A DNA stretch of 32,000 nt, taken from contig OY781039.1 of the NCBI GenBank assembly GCA_963676105.1, forward strand, positions 1,260,001 through 1,292,000. The letters are read 5' to 3'. Source of the DNA: Erysipelotrichaceae bacterium (lineage in GTDB: Bacteria > Bacillota_I > Bacilli_A > Erysipelotrichales > Erysipelotrichaceae). The notes beneath the pieces are model-generated. The model saw only the letters and a program-made list of their open reading frames with translations, had not been told where the DNA came from and did no database searches. Made by a program: the position numbers and the translations under genes. The number at the start of each line of letters is the position of its first letter. Position 1 is the stretch's first letter. Of the stretch, positions 1 through 9,125 are shown in pieces.

Positions 1-255
1 CTTAGCTTTTGATGCACTTTTGTGATTACGTCCACGCAGATATATATTATTCTCTTCTTCACTTAGGAAATTCTCACTAAGTAAAGTTTGAACAAATTTT
101 GCTTGAGCATTGGCTGAAACAAATTGAATACTTCTTTTTTGTAAATCGTTCGCTTTTGTATATCCTTGTTCAACTAAATAGGTTCTCACCCACAAACTAA
201 GAACAGCATCGCCTACAAAAGCTAAGGTTGAACCGTTGAGTAATTCTGGATTCAT
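1..255 (-). CDS. mrnC: Mini-ribonuclease III (MrnC), N-terminal 85 codons; the 3' end runs off the window
   Basis: My translation of the reverse strand from the ATG at 255..253 gives MNPELLNGSTLAFVGDAVLSLWVRTYLVEQGY...RGRNHKSASKAK. The LAFVGDAV and RGRN..K motifs are typical of Mini-III. The start overlaps the cysS stop as ATGA. The cysS-mrnC order is the same as in B. subtilis. Not in the ORF track because it is truncated. Confidence 0.75.
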   Translation of the reverse strand, partial: MNPELLNGSTLAFVGDAVLSLWVRTYLVEQGYTKANDLQKRSIQFVSANAQAKFVQTLLSENFLSEEENNIYLRGRNHKSASKAK

Positions 256-1580
256 AGTAAATTCTTTTCAATGAGTTGTGCACGATATGTATCTGCACTA
301 GCAAAATCTTTGTCTGCTTTAGCTTGATTCCATTGATCAAATAATACGCGATTTTCATCACTTAAGACTATTTTATCAAAAACAATCCCAAAAACATTCA
401 ACATCGATCGTAATGAATGATAATTGTTCTTAACATCTTCAGTCCATTCTTTTTGTCGAATTGAACTATTTAAAGCTTTAATTTGATCAAAGATATAGCG
501 CATCGCATTAGGACTATTTAAATCATCTGATAAAGCATCTAAGAATGATTGATATAAATCAGTCTTTACATTTGAGTTTAAATCAATAGTTCTTAACTGA
601 CTTTGTATTTCAACTTGTTTGAGAATACTTTGTGCTTTATTCACTTCTACTCGCGCATTCTCTATCAGTTCTTCTGTAATATTAATGGGTGCTCTGTAAT
701 GTGTGGACAACATAATCCAACGTAAAACATTTCCACCTAATGATTTAAGCGCATCTTTAGCTAACATGGTATTGCCTAAAGATTTAGACATTTTTTCACC
801 GTCAATATTCAACATCCCATTGTGCATCCACACATTGGCTAAACCATGATGTAAACATGCATGCGCTTGTGCAACTTCATTTTCATGATGTGGGAATTTC
901 AGATCCATACCACCACCATGGATATCTATTTGTCTATGGAAATGATCATTGATCATGACCACACATTCTGTATGCCAACCTGGTCGTCCTTTACCCCAAG
1001 GCGAATCCCATTGAATGCCTTGTTCTGTTTTTTTCCATAAGGCAAAATCTAATGGATTTTCTTTATCAGATGTTTCTTCTATTCTTGCGCCAACCATAAG
1101 ATCTTCAATGCGTTGGTGTGAGATTTCGCCGTATTCATCAGCTTTAGCAACTCTAAAATAGACATTACCATTAACGTTGTATGCAAAATCTTGTTTGACT
1201 AAATCATCGATAAAATCAATAATCGCATCCATGCTTTCAGTGACTTTAGGTGTCTTTGTTAAACGCCCTGCATTTACGCCATCACGCACTGCATTATAAG
1301 CCGCAATATAGCGATCAGTAATATCTTTTTCACTGACCCCTTCTTCAAGTGCTTTATTAATGATTTTGTCATCTACATCAGTAATATTTGAAATGTATGT
1401 CACTTCATAGTTAAGTGCTTCAAATGTATTTCTTAAGGTATCAAAAACAATGATAGGTCGGGTGTTTCCAATATGTACATCTCCATAGACAGTTGGTCCA
1501 CAAACATACATAGATACTTTATTTTCTTCAATCGGTTTAAAATCTTCAATTTGATTGCTTTTTGAGTTATATAATCGCAT
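252..1580 (-). CDS. cysS: Cysteine--tRNA ligase
   Basis: 442 aa with the class I aaRS signatures HIGN (VHIGNTRP) and KMSKS (KMSKSLGN), and the CGPTVY N-terminus typical of CysRS. An AAAGGAAG RBS lies upstream. Confidence 0.95.
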   Translation of the reverse strand: MRLYNSKSNQIEDFKPIEENKVSMYVCGPTVYGDVHIGNTRPIIVFDTLRNTFEALNYEVTYISNITDVDDKIINKALEEGVSEKDITDRYIAAYNAVRDGVNAGRLTKTPKVTESMDAIIDFIDDLVKQDFAYNVNGNVYFRVAKADEYGEISHQRIEDLMVGARIEETSDKENPLDFALWKKTEQGIQWDSPWGKGRPGWHTECVVMINDHFHRQIDIHGGGMDLKFPHHENEVAQAHACLHHGLANVWMHNGMLNIDGEKMSKSLGNTMLAKDALKSLGGNVLRWIMLSTHYRAPINITEELIENARVEVNKAQSILKQVEIQSQLRTIDLNSNVKTDLYQSFLDALSDDLNSPNAMRYIFDQIKALNSSIRQKEWTEDVKNNYHSLRSMLNVFGIVFDKIVLSDENRVLFDQWNQAKADKDFASADTYRAQLIEKNLL

Positions 1581-1600
1581 ATTCTTCCTTTTTTTGTTTA

Positions 1601-1609
1601 ATTATAGCA
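1601..1609 (-). promoter_or_regulatory. Candidate extended -10 promoter (TGCTATAAT) for cysS-mrnC
   Basis: The reverse complement of 1601..1609 reads TGCTATAAT (TGnTATAAT), about 20 nt upstream of the cysS ATG. The -35 is weak. The 78-bp gap is too short for a T-box leader. Confidence 0.35.
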
Positions 1610-1658
1610 CGAGTATTTCACCCCAGTTTCACTTACACATGGTAGACTATAAAGGCAC

Positions 1659-2036
1659 ATGGAAAACATACTCGAAAAGCTGATATCGGTATCTACCGAT
1701 TTACATACTTGGTTCTTAAACTTAAATGATCAATTGGGCTTAGCCCTCAATGATAAACAATTACACTTTTGGATATTTGGCATTAGCGCACTTATCTTAT
1801 TTTATATTGTCAGAATTGTTTTTAAACTTTTAAATAAACTATCGATTTCTATCGTCGCATTCTTATTTACGCTTGTATTTTTACTAGCCTTTGCATTCGC
1901 AAATGAGATGGGTCAGTATTACAGTAGTGCTGGTATCATGGACTTTCAAGATGTCATCAGTGGTATCAATGGGTTTCTTGTGTTCTTTGGGATTGCATTT
2001 GTTTTAGAACTCATCTATAAATTTCTTAAGAAATAA
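1659..2036 (+). CDS. Hypothetical small membrane protein (about 3 TM helices)
   Basis: 125-aa ORF with three long hydrophobic stretches (e.g. FWIFGISALILFYIVRIVF, ISIVAFLFTLVFLLAFAF, FLVFFGIAFVLELIY). No terminator before galE. I do not recognise the family. Confidence 0.5.
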   Translation: MENILEKLISVSTDLHTWFLNLNDQLGLALNDKQLHFWIFGISALILFYIVRIVFKLLNKLSISIVAFLFTLVFLLAFAFANEMGQYYSSAGIMDFQDVISGINGFLVFFGIAFVLELIYKFLKK

Positions 2037-2072
2037 GTTTATACTTAAACTAATGATGAAACGAGGTAATGT

Positions 2073-3068
2073 ATGTCAATTTTAGTCACCGGGGGAACTG
2101 GGTTCATTGGTTCTCATACAGTCGTAGAACTTCTCGAAGAGGGATATGACGTAGTTATCGCAGATAATCTCTATAATTCTTCTGCAGATGTTGTTAATCG
2201 AATTGAAAAAATATCTGGTAAGAAAGTTACTTTCTATGAAGGTGATGTATCAGATGCATCCTTCTTAGAAACCTTATTTAAGAAACACAGTTTTGAAGCT
2301 ATCATTCATTTTGCAGGTTATAAAGCAGTTGGAGAGTCTACTGCAAAACCACTAATGTACTATCGTAATAATTTATTAAGTACCATCAATTTAGCGGATA
2401 AGGCCCTTGAGCATAATGTTAAGCATTTTATTTTTAGTTCAAGCGCAACCGTTTATGGTGATCAACCCTCACCATTAAAAGAAGATACAATCCTTGGTGT
2501 TACTTCTAATCCTTATGGCGAAACCAAAGCTGTTTCAGAACGAATTCTTAAAGACACAGCTAAAGCAAACCCAAATTTCTCAGTTACGCTTCTTCGGTAT
2601 TTTAATCCCGTAGGTGCTCATAGTAGTGGTTTAATTGGTGAAGTACCATCTGGCATTCCAAACAATCTCATGCCTTATGTCACACAAGTAGCGAAAGGTA
2701 AACGCGAGCAATTAAGTGTATTCGGTAGTGATTACGATACGATTGATGGAACGGGCGTTCGTGATTATATCCACGTCGTTGATCTTGCGAAAGGTCATAT
2801 GGCTGCCCTTCAACACAATCATACTGGCGTTGAAATCTATAACTTAGGAACAGGCAAAGGTAGTTCTGTGCTTGAGGTCATTGAAACTTTCAAACGTATT
2901 AATCGAATCGACATCCCTTACAGTATCGTTGATCGTCGCCCTGGTGATCTTGCGACATCCTACGCAGATGCATCAAAAGCAGAAAGAGAACTTAAGTGGC
3001 AGGCAAAACTCAGTTTAGAAGACATGGTGAGAGATGCTTGGAACTTTGAAAAAGGTTTAGAATCCTAG
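2073..3068 (+). CDS. galE: UDP-glucose 4-epimerase
   Basis: 331 aa with the GGTGFIGSH Rossmann motif, the YGETK (YxxxK) catalytic motif and the extended-SDR GalE layout. GAGGT RBS. Confidence 0.9.
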   Translation: MSILVTGGTGFIGSHTVVELLEEGYDVVIADNLYNSSADVVNRIEKISGKKVTFYEGDVSDASFLETLFKKHSFEAIIHFAGYKAVGESTAKPLMYYRNNLLSTINLADKALEHNVKHFIFSSSATVYGDQPSPLKEDTILGVTSNPYGETKAVSERILKDTAKANPNFSVTLLRYFNPVGAHSSGLIGEVPSGIPNNLMPYVTQVAKGKREQLSVFGSDYDTIDGTGVRDYIHVVDLAKGHMAALQHNHTGVEIYNLGTGKGSSVLEVIETFKRINRIDIPYSIVDRRPGDLATSYADASKAERELKWQAKLSLEDMVRDAWNFEKGLES

Positions 3069-3075
3069 AAAAACA

Positions 3076-3097
3076 TAAGGGCTTAATGCCCTTTTTA
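3076..3097 (+). terminator. Rho-independent terminator after galE
   Basis: AAGGGC-TTAAT-GCCCTT hairpin followed by TTTTATT. Confidence 0.6.
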
Positions 3098-3100
3098 TTA

Positions 3101-3109
3101 TGGTAAAAT
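3101..3109 (+). promoter_or_regulatory. Candidate extended -10 promoter (TGGTAAAAT) for the ATP-grasp/racemase/rmlAB operon
   Basis: TGnTAAAAT lies 12 nt upstream of the ATG at 3122 and directly after the galE terminator. Confidence 0.35.
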
Positions 3110-3121
3110 GAATAGGCAAAT

Positions 3122-4315
3122 ATGAAAAAAAATAAAGCTGTTATATTAGGGGCGAATTACTTTATCGCATTAAGTATTCTACGTTCACTTGGACCTCATA
3201 AAATACACTGTGTCACTTTTGACCATTCAAAAGAAAATGCTTATGCATCACTTTCAAAATATGTCAGTGAAAAACACATTACTCCACACTACGCAAAAGA
3301 ACCAGAAGCTTTTTTAAATTACTTAATTGACTATGCAAAAAAACAAGAAGTAAAACCTGTTCTTTTTCCTTGTGCTGACAACTATGTTGAATTTATTGAT
3401 AAGTACTTAGATGAGTTAAATGAATACTACTTGATTCCTCAGTCACAAAAAGGTCTATATACTCAGGTTATGAATAAGGATACTTTAGCTGATTTAGCCA
3501 TTAAATATAATGCCCCTATACCTTATAGTCTGAGATCATCTGATAAAGATTTAGTGTCAAAATTAGAGAAGAATACAGATTTCCCTGTCTTAGTTAAACC
3601 GGTTGATTCTCCAGCATTCACTAAAATTTTTAGATGTAAATCATTTGTGGTTAATAATACAGAAGAATTAAAGGACACCATTCAAAAATGTAATGATGCG
3701 AAAGTTGAAGTGATTGTTCAACAAATCATTGAAGGGTTTGATGATCATATGTATACCTACGATGCTTATGTCAATCAAGACGGCAAAGTATCTCATTGGG
3801 TGACCTGTAATAAATTTAGACAATGGCCAATCAACTTTGGTGCTTCATCTTTTACGATTCAAAAGTATGTTCCTGAACTCCACACTTTGGGGGCGCCTTT
3901 CTTAGAGAAAATGGGTTGGCGTGGTTTCGCTGAAATCGAATTTAAAAAAGATGAAAAATCAGGTGAGTACTATGTCATTGAGATTAATGTTCGTACCACT
4001 ACTTTAAATAGTATGTTAGAGGCATCAGGGGTTAACTTCCCTTATGTTCAATACATGGAGTTAACAGGTACACCACTTAATGATCACTGTGTTGAAAAAG
4101 ACACCAATATTGCCTTCTGGTTTGAATATGAAGATACCTTAGCCATTAGAGAATATTTACGCCAAAAACAACTCACATTAAAAGAAATATTGCCAACATT
4201 TAAACGAAGATTAATTCCAGCTGTCTTTGATATCCATGACATTCGTCCATTTTTTGGTATGCTTAATATGTTGTTAGGTCGTTTTATTAATAAATTTAAA
4301 AGGAGTGTTTCATGA
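3122..4315 (+). CDS. ATP-grasp carboxylate--amine ligase, D-aspartate-ligase-like (COG3919 type)
   Basis: 397 aa. The N-terminus (AVILGANYFIALSILRSLG) and the ATP-grasp core (FPVLVKPVDS..., EIEFKKDEKSGEYYVIEINVR) fit this class. The stop overlaps the racemase start as ATGA. The specific D-Asp ligase assignment is inferred from the racemase partner, not proven. Confidence 0.7.
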   Translation: MKKNKAVILGANYFIALSILRSLGPHKIHCVTFDHSKENAYASLSKYVSEKHITPHYAKEPEAFLNYLIDYAKKQEVKPVLFPCADNYVEFIDKYLDELNEYYLIPQSQKGLYTQVMNKDTLADLAIKYNAPIPYSLRSSDKDLVSKLEKNTDFPVLVKPVDSPAFTKIFRCKSFVVNNTEELKDTIQKCNDAKVEVIVQQIIEGFDDHMYTYDAYVNQDGKVSHWVTCNKFRQWPINFGASSFTIQKYVPELHTLGAPFLEKMGWRGFAEIEFKKDEKSGEYYVIEINVRTTTLNSMLEASGVNFPYVQYMELTGTPLNDHCVEKDTNIAFWFEYEDTLAIREYLRQKQLTLKEILPTFKRRLIPAVFDIHDIRPFFGMLNMLLGRFINKFKRSVS

Positions 4316-5004
4316 ATGATTTAAAACTTGGAATCATTGGTGGTATGGGTCCTGAAGCGAGTGCTTATTATTACACCCAACTTATCCACAGAACTAAAGT
4401 ATCAAAAGATCAAGATCACTTCTTTACGATTGTTGATTCTAATGCGAAAATACCAGATCGAACTCAAGCGATTGTTTATGGTAAAGAAAGTCCATTACCA
4501 TTACTAATTGAAGCGATTGAACGTATGAATCATGCGCAAATCGACCAAGGCTTTATAACATGTTTAACTTCTCATTATTTCTTTGATACACTAAAAGAAA
4601 ACGCTGACTTTAAACTCTACAATGCGATTGAAGAAACTTATCTTTACTTAAAGAAACAAAACATCAAAAAAGTTGGCTTGCTGGCCACAACTGGAACGAT
4701 TAATTTAAAGCTATTTCAAAAGTACTTTAAAGATATTGAACTACTATTACCAAATGTCAATGATCAAGCATTCCTTGTCATGGATGCGATCTATAATCCA
4801 AGTCATGGTATTAAAGCTGGTTACACAAAGGGTTTATGTGTAGACCAACTCATTGAGGTTGGTGAAAAACTTATTGATTTAGGGGCAGAAGCTATTATTG
4901 GTGGATGCACTGAAATTTCAATGGTTTTAGAAGAAGATACATTTAACGTAAAAATGGTTGATCCAATGTTGGTTGTGATTGATCATATCCTTAAACAGGG
5001 ATAA
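4312..5004 (+). CDS. Aspartate/glutamate racemase family protein (aspartate racemase-like)
   Basis: 230 aa with [11 protein letters not shown] at the N-terminus and two catalytic-Cys motifs (ITCLTSH and GGCTEIS), as in the Asp/Glu/hydantoin racemase family. Confidence 0.8.
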   Translation: MNDLKLGIIGGMGPEASAYYYTQLIHRTKVSKDQDHFFTIVDSNAKIPDRTQAIVYGKESPLPLLIEAIERMNHAQIDQGFITCLTSHYFFDTLKENADFKLYNAIEETYLYLKKQNIKKVGLLATTGTINLKLFQKYFKDIELLLPNVNDQAFLVMDAIYNPSHGIKAGYTKGLCVDQLIEVGEKLIDLGAEAIIGGCTEISMVLEEDTFNVKMVDPMLVVIDHILKQG

Positions 5005-5014
5005 AGGAGATTTT

Positions 5015-5911
5015 ATGAAGGGCATAATACTTGCGGGTGGATCAGGCACACGGCTCTATCCATTAACAATGGTCACATCCAAACAATTACTACCAATCTA
5101 TGACAAACCAATGATTTACTATCCATTGTCGACTTTGATGTTGGCAGGGATACGAGAAATTCTTATTATTTCAACCCCTCAAGATTTACCAAATTTTGAA
5201 AGACTTCTAGGGGATGGATCAGAATATGGTTTAAAATTATCCTATAAAGTACAACCGTCTCCAGATGGCTTGCCTCAAGCATTTACCTTAGGTGAAGAAT
5301 TTATTGGTGATGATAGCGTTGCGATGATTTTAGGCGATAATATTTTCTACGGAAACTCATTTAGTGGCTATTTAAAAGAAGCTGCATCAAAATGTGAAAT
5401 TGGAATTTCATCAATCTTTGGTTATTACGTAAATGATCCTGAACGTTTTGGGATTGTTGAGTTTGATGAAAACCAAAAAGTTGTTTCCATTGAAGAGAAA
5501 CCTACAGATCCAAAGTCGAATTACTGTATTACAGGCTTGTATTTTTTTGATAAGACCGTTATACAGAAGGCAAAAAACTTAGTTCCTTCAACGCGTGGTG
5601 AATACGAAATCACAGATTTGATGAAAGCCTACTTAAACGAAGACAAATTACGCGTAGAAGTATTAGGCCGCGGCTTTGCTTGGTTAGATACAGGTACAGT
5701 AGATAGTTTACTAGAAGCTGCAGATTTTGTGCGTACTTTAGAAAAACGTCAAGGTCTTAAGATTTCTTCTGTTGAAGAAATTGCTTTCCATAAAGGTTGG
5801 ATAGATGACAAACAATTATTAACTGCTGCTGAGCGATATGGAAAATCTCCGTACGGACTTTACCTGAAGAACGTGCTTGCTGGAAAGGTTCAATACAAGG
5901 GTAAATCATGA
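5015..5911 (+). CDS. rfbA: Glucose-1-phosphate thymidylyltransferase
   Basis: [18 protein letters not shown]... is the canonical RmlA N-terminus. I moved the start from the track's 4979 to the ATG at 5015, which has an AAAGGAG RBS 6 nt upstream. Confidence 0.9.
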   Translation: MKGIILAGGSGTRLYPLTMVTSKQLLPIYDKPMIYYPLSTLMLAGIREILIISTPQDLPNFERLLGDGSEYGLKLSYKVQPSPDGLPQAFTLGEEFIGDDSVAMILGDNIFYGNSFSGYLKEAASKCEIGISSIFGYYVNDPERFGIVEFDENQKVVSIEEKPTDPKSNYCITGLYFFDKTVIQKAKNLVPSTRGEYEITDLMKAYLNEDKLRVEVLGRGFAWLDTGTVDSLLEAADFVRTLEKRQGLKISSVEEIAFHKGWIDDKQLLTAAERYGKSPYGLYLKNVLAGKVQYKGKS

Positions 5912-6927
5912 AAATTTTAGTTACAGGTGGAGCAGGATTTATCGGTGGTAACTTTGTCAACTACATGGTTGAAACCTATCCAAATGATGAAATTGTAAAT
6001 TTAGACTTACTCACATATGCAGGTAACTTAGAAACATTAAAAAATGTTGAGAATAAAAAGAACTATAAATTTGTTCAAGGTGATATTGCCGACAATGAAT
6101 TTATTGATAAACTTTTTGAAACTGAACAATTTAATGCGGTTGTCAATTTCGCAGCTGAATCACATGTTGATCGCTCTATTAAAGATCCAGGCATTTTCTT
6201 AAGAACCAATATTTTGGGCACACAAGTTTTACTTGATGCATCAAAGAAATATGGAGTTAAACGGTATCATCAAGTTTCTACTGATGAAGTCTATGGTGAT
6301 TTACCATTAGACCGTCCTGATTTATTCTTTACTGAACATACACCTATACATACATCAAGTCCTTACTCAGCTTCAAAAGCTGGTGCCGACTTATTAGTTC
6401 AGGCTTATCACAGAACCTTTAAAGTTCCTGCAACCATTAGTCGTTGTTCAAACAACTATGGACCCTATCATTTTCCAGAGAAACTGATTCCACTCATGAT
6501 TTCTCGTGCATTAAACGATGAATCATTACCAGTTTATGGCAAGGGTGAAAATGTACGCGATTGGCTACATGTTTATGATCACTGTGTGGCGATCGATTTA
6601 ATCCTTAGAAAAGGAAAAGTTGGTGAAGTTTATAATATTGGTGGACATAATGAGAGAACAAATCTTGACGTTGTGAAAACAATTCTTAAATCACTCGACA
6701 AACCTGAATCACTGATTACTTATGTGACTGATCGTGCAGGACATGATTTACGTTATGCGATTGATCCAACAAAGATTGAGACTGAACTAGGATGGACACC
6801 TAAATACAACTTTGACACTGGTATTCAACAAACCATCAAATGGTATTTAGATAATAAATCTTGGTGGCAAAATATCTTATCAGGTTCCTACCAAAACTAC
6901 TTTAAAGAACATTATAAAGACCTTTAA
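5908..6927 (+). CDS. rfbB: dTDP-glucose 4,6-dehydratase
   Basis: 339 aa with [10 protein letters not shown] and the YSASKAGAD catalytic YxxxK, plus the STDEVYG motif. ATGA overlap with rfbA. Confidence 0.92.
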   Translation: MKILVTGGAGFIGGNFVNYMVETYPNDEIVNLDLLTYAGNLETLKNVENKKNYKFVQGDIADNEFIDKLFETEQFNAVVNFAAESHVDRSIKDPGIFLRTNILGTQVLLDASKKYGVKRYHQVSTDEVYGDLPLDRPDLFFTEHTPIHTSSPYSASKAGADLLVQAYHRTFKVPATISRCSNNYGPYHFPEKLIPLMISRALNDESLPVYGKGENVRDWLHVYDHCVAIDLILRKGKVGEVYNIGGHNERTNLDVVKTILKSLDKPESLITYVTDRAGHDLRYAIDPTKIETELGWTPKYNFDTGIQQTIKWYLDNKSWWQNILSGSYQNYFKEHYKDL

Positions 6928-6955
6928 AATAAGAGCTCAATTTGAGCTCTTTTAT
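6926..6955. terminator. Bidirectional terminator between convergent rfbB and the flavodoxin gene
   Basis: 9-bp perfect stem AAGAGCTCA / TGAGCTCTT (6931-6939 / 6943-6951) flanked by A-rich sequence on the left and T-rich sequence on the right. Confidence 0.65.
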
Positions 6956-7440
6956 AATCTAAATATGGTTTTTACTTCTTTTGACCATTCTTTACAATAA
7001 CTAATCGAAGCTTCAGTGTTACGGGCAACGTTAATAAATCCTCGTACACCAATTAAACGATTTCGATGATTCACCAGTTCTTCAGCTTTTGAATAAAAAC
7101 CTTGATCACCACCTTCATGTGTATAGAAAAGATAGACATATTTATCTCTTAAGTCATTCTGAATTAGTGATCTAACAGCTGGGGCAAGTGTCCACGACCA
7201 AATTGGGGTGCCTAAAAAAACACGATCATAATTACTTAAATCGAAGTCAAATTTTTCTAAACTTGGGGTCTCTTTCATTAAGGCTTGTCTTCCACCCCAA
7301 ACATACTTCATTAAACCTTTTGATTTCATATCTTTAAGAGGTTTTATTTCAAACACATCACAATCAATTTCTTTTGCGAGTGTTTCGGCAATTATTTTTG
7401 TATTGCCTTCATATGAATAATAGATAACACAGGTATTCAT
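6952..7440 (-). CDS. Flavodoxin family protein
   Basis: 162 aa. The N-terminus VIYYSYEGNTKIIAETLA is a flavodoxin-type phosphate-binding loop, with a short-chain flavodoxin-like length. AAAGGAAA RBS. Confidence 0.7.
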   Translation of the reverse strand: MNTCVIYYSYEGNTKIIAETLAKEIDCDVFEIKPLKDMKSKGLMKYVWGGRQALMKETPSLEKFDFDLSNYDRVFLGTPIWSWTLAPAVRSLIQNDLRDKYVYLFYTHEGGDQGFYSKAEELVNHRNRLIGVRGFINVARNTEASISYCKEWSKEVKTIFRL

Positions 7441-7516
7441 TTATTTAAGTTTCCTTTGATAGATGTATTTTATGATTTTTAAAATTTTCTTGTGTAAAAC
7501 TTTATTAATGATTTCT

Positions 7517-8206
7517 TTACCAAATAAATGGAATAAGTAAATCTTTGACCTTCTCTTTATAAGCACGATAACCTTCAAGATGTTTTTCTAAGAATTCATC
7601 TTCTTTATGAGTTCTTAATACGACAAGAATCATTAATAGAATGCTGATCCAAAAAGCTAAGCGACTTCTAAGTAATATTGGTTGCGCCAAGACCCCTAAC
7701 AACATCCCCAAATAGCCTGGATGTCTGACAAAACGATAAATGCCAGTATCGATTACTTTGTGATTTCGATCTGTCTGAAGTCTAATTAAGTTTTCAAAGA
7801 ATGGATTTTCCAACATGGCCTTTAAGCTTATGATCACAGATATTAAAAACACAATTAAACCAATCATATATGACTGCATGCCTAATACAATTCCATGTGC
7901 ACGCGCATCCAGTCCCGCCACTAATGGCATAACAATCACAAATCCTATTAAAAAGATAAGCATTAAGATCTTGTCATACTTCAAGGTATCTTCTTTAATG
8001 ACCCCTCTTTGATTCATAAGATTTGGATCTTTTGAGGCTATCCATAAATTAGCCATGACGCCACTAAAGGCGTAGATTAAAACATAGCCCCATAAACTTA
8101 AAACTAAATATTGACCTGAAGAAATACTATAGATGATGCCCATGACTATTGCCCATCTAAGTGGCGCTAGTAAGGCAAAGATCCCCTGTTTATTTAATTT
8201 ATTCAT
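7517..8206 (-). CDS. Isoprenylcysteine carboxyl methyltransferase (ICMT/PEMT-like) family membrane methyltransferase
   Basis: 229 aa and polytopic. The C-terminal motif DTGIYRFVRHPGYLGMLL...HKEDEFL is the ICMT-family signature. The start overlaps the whiA stop by 8 nt. Confidence 0.7.
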   Translation of the reverse strand: MNKLNKQGIFALLAPLRWAIVMGIIYSISSGQYLVLSLWGYVLIYAFSGVMANLWIASKDPNLMNQRGVIKEDTLKYDKILMLIFLIGFVIVMPLVAGLDARAHGIVLGMQSYMIGLIVFLISVIISLKAMLENPFFENLIRLQTDRNHKVIDTGIYRFVRHPGYLGMLLGVLAQPILLRSRLAFWISILLMILVVLRTHKEDEFLEKHLEGYRAYKEKVKDLLIPFIW

Positions 8207-9122
8207 TATAACTAACCAGTTTAGCTAAGCGATGTTTCATGCCTGATTTAGAGATAACGATACCTGTCTTTTGCGCATAGGCTTCGCATAATTCATTTAA
8301 AGAAGCATCCGGATGATTGAGTCTTAAGTGTGCCATTTCTTGAGTGGTCGCATCTAAGTTCTCAAAGATACCTTTTTGGATAAGTTGTTCAATCGCTTGA
8401 ACTTGTTTTATTGCGGCTTTTTGAGTTTTCATTTCATTCGCTACTTCGCAATTGTCTAAACGCGTAAGTGAGTTATGGAAATCACGTTGAATACGAATAT
8501 CTTCAAAATCCAAGACCGCATTATTCGCCTGACACATTCTTAAAAAATCTGATATCTTTTCAGATGATTTAAGATAGGTAACTTCATGACCTCTTCTTTG
8601 TGTCCGTTTTGCGTTTAAATTAAATCGGTCCATTAATGATTTAATAAAATCTGCATGTTCTTCAGAACTCGTAACGATTTCTAAATGATAATTGGTTTTC
8701 TGTGGTGAATTTAAACTACCTGAAGCCAAGAATGCACCAGCTAAATAAGCCCGAGCACAACATTCTTTTTCAGTTAAGTTTGAACTTGGATGTTCATTAA
8801 AACCTTCATCACCAAAAAGTTCTAAATCTTCCAAAATTTCATTCACATGAGAATAGAGTTCTAATGTATAAATATTATTTTTCTTGAGATTGCTTTTCTT
8901 TGTGACCACCAACTTCATGTCTGGTGCATAACGTTCTTTAAGCAATTGAAAAATACGCTTAGCCGTTTGAGCGTTTTCTGTTTTGATATGGAGTTGGATA
9001 CTTTGATTACGGATAATCATTGTTGAACAAAGTTGGATTAAGGCTGCACTTTGTGCTTTCTTACAACAATCCTCCAGTTCAACGCCAACAATTTCATGTT
9101 TAACTTCTTGTGTAAAAGACAT
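8199..9122 (-). CDS. whiA: DNA-binding sporulation/cell-division regulator WhiA
   Basis: 307 aa with the MSFTQEVKHEI N-terminus, a degenerate LAGLIDADG-like middle (YLAGAFLASGS) and a C-terminal HTH (ISKSGMKHRLAKL). The rapZ-yvcK-whiA order is conserved. Confidence 0.9.
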   Translation of the reverse strand: MSFTQEVKHEIVGVELEDCCKKAQSAALIQLCSTMIIRNQSIQLHIKTENAQTAKRIFQLLKERYAPDMKLVVTKKSNLKKNNIYTLELYSHVNEILEDLELFGDEGFNEHPSSNLTEKECCARAYLAGAFLASGSLNSPQKTNYHLEIVTSSEEHADFIKSLMDRFNLNAKRTQRRGHEVTYLKSSEKISDFLRMCQANNAVLDFEDIRIQRDFHNSLTRLDNCEVANEMKTQKAAIKQVQAIEQLIQKGIFENLDATTQEMAHLRLNHPDASLNELCEAYAQKTGIVISKSGMKHRLAKLVSYNE

Positions 9123-9125
9123 ATT

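Noticed and set aside
1581-1658. Possible T-box leader upstream of cysS
   Set aside because: The gap is only 78 bp, with no specifier/antiterminator architecture and no T-box consensus sequence. It is just a promoter and an RBS.
3124-3131. A8 homopolymer at codons 2-4 of the ATP-grasp gene as a phase-variation tract
   Set aside because: Lys-rich N-termini and A-runs of this length are common in a genome this AT-rich. There is no evidence of variability from a single sequence.
4979-5014. N-terminal 12-codon extension of rfbA in the ORF track ([12 protein letters not shown])
   Set aside because: It overlaps the racemase 3' end. The canonical RmlA N-terminus [14 protein letters not shown] starts at 5015 with an AAAGGAG RBS.
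5757-5960. 67-aa minus-strand ORF across the rfbA/rfbB junction; also 7815-8012 (+), 13963-14154 (-), 21903-22088 (+), 24496-24756 (+), 25255-25443 (-), 26023-26241 (-), 27943-28194 (+), 30969-31172 (+)
   Set aside because: All are nested in, or antisense to, longer ORFs with clear family signatures. None has a recognisable domain or RBS.
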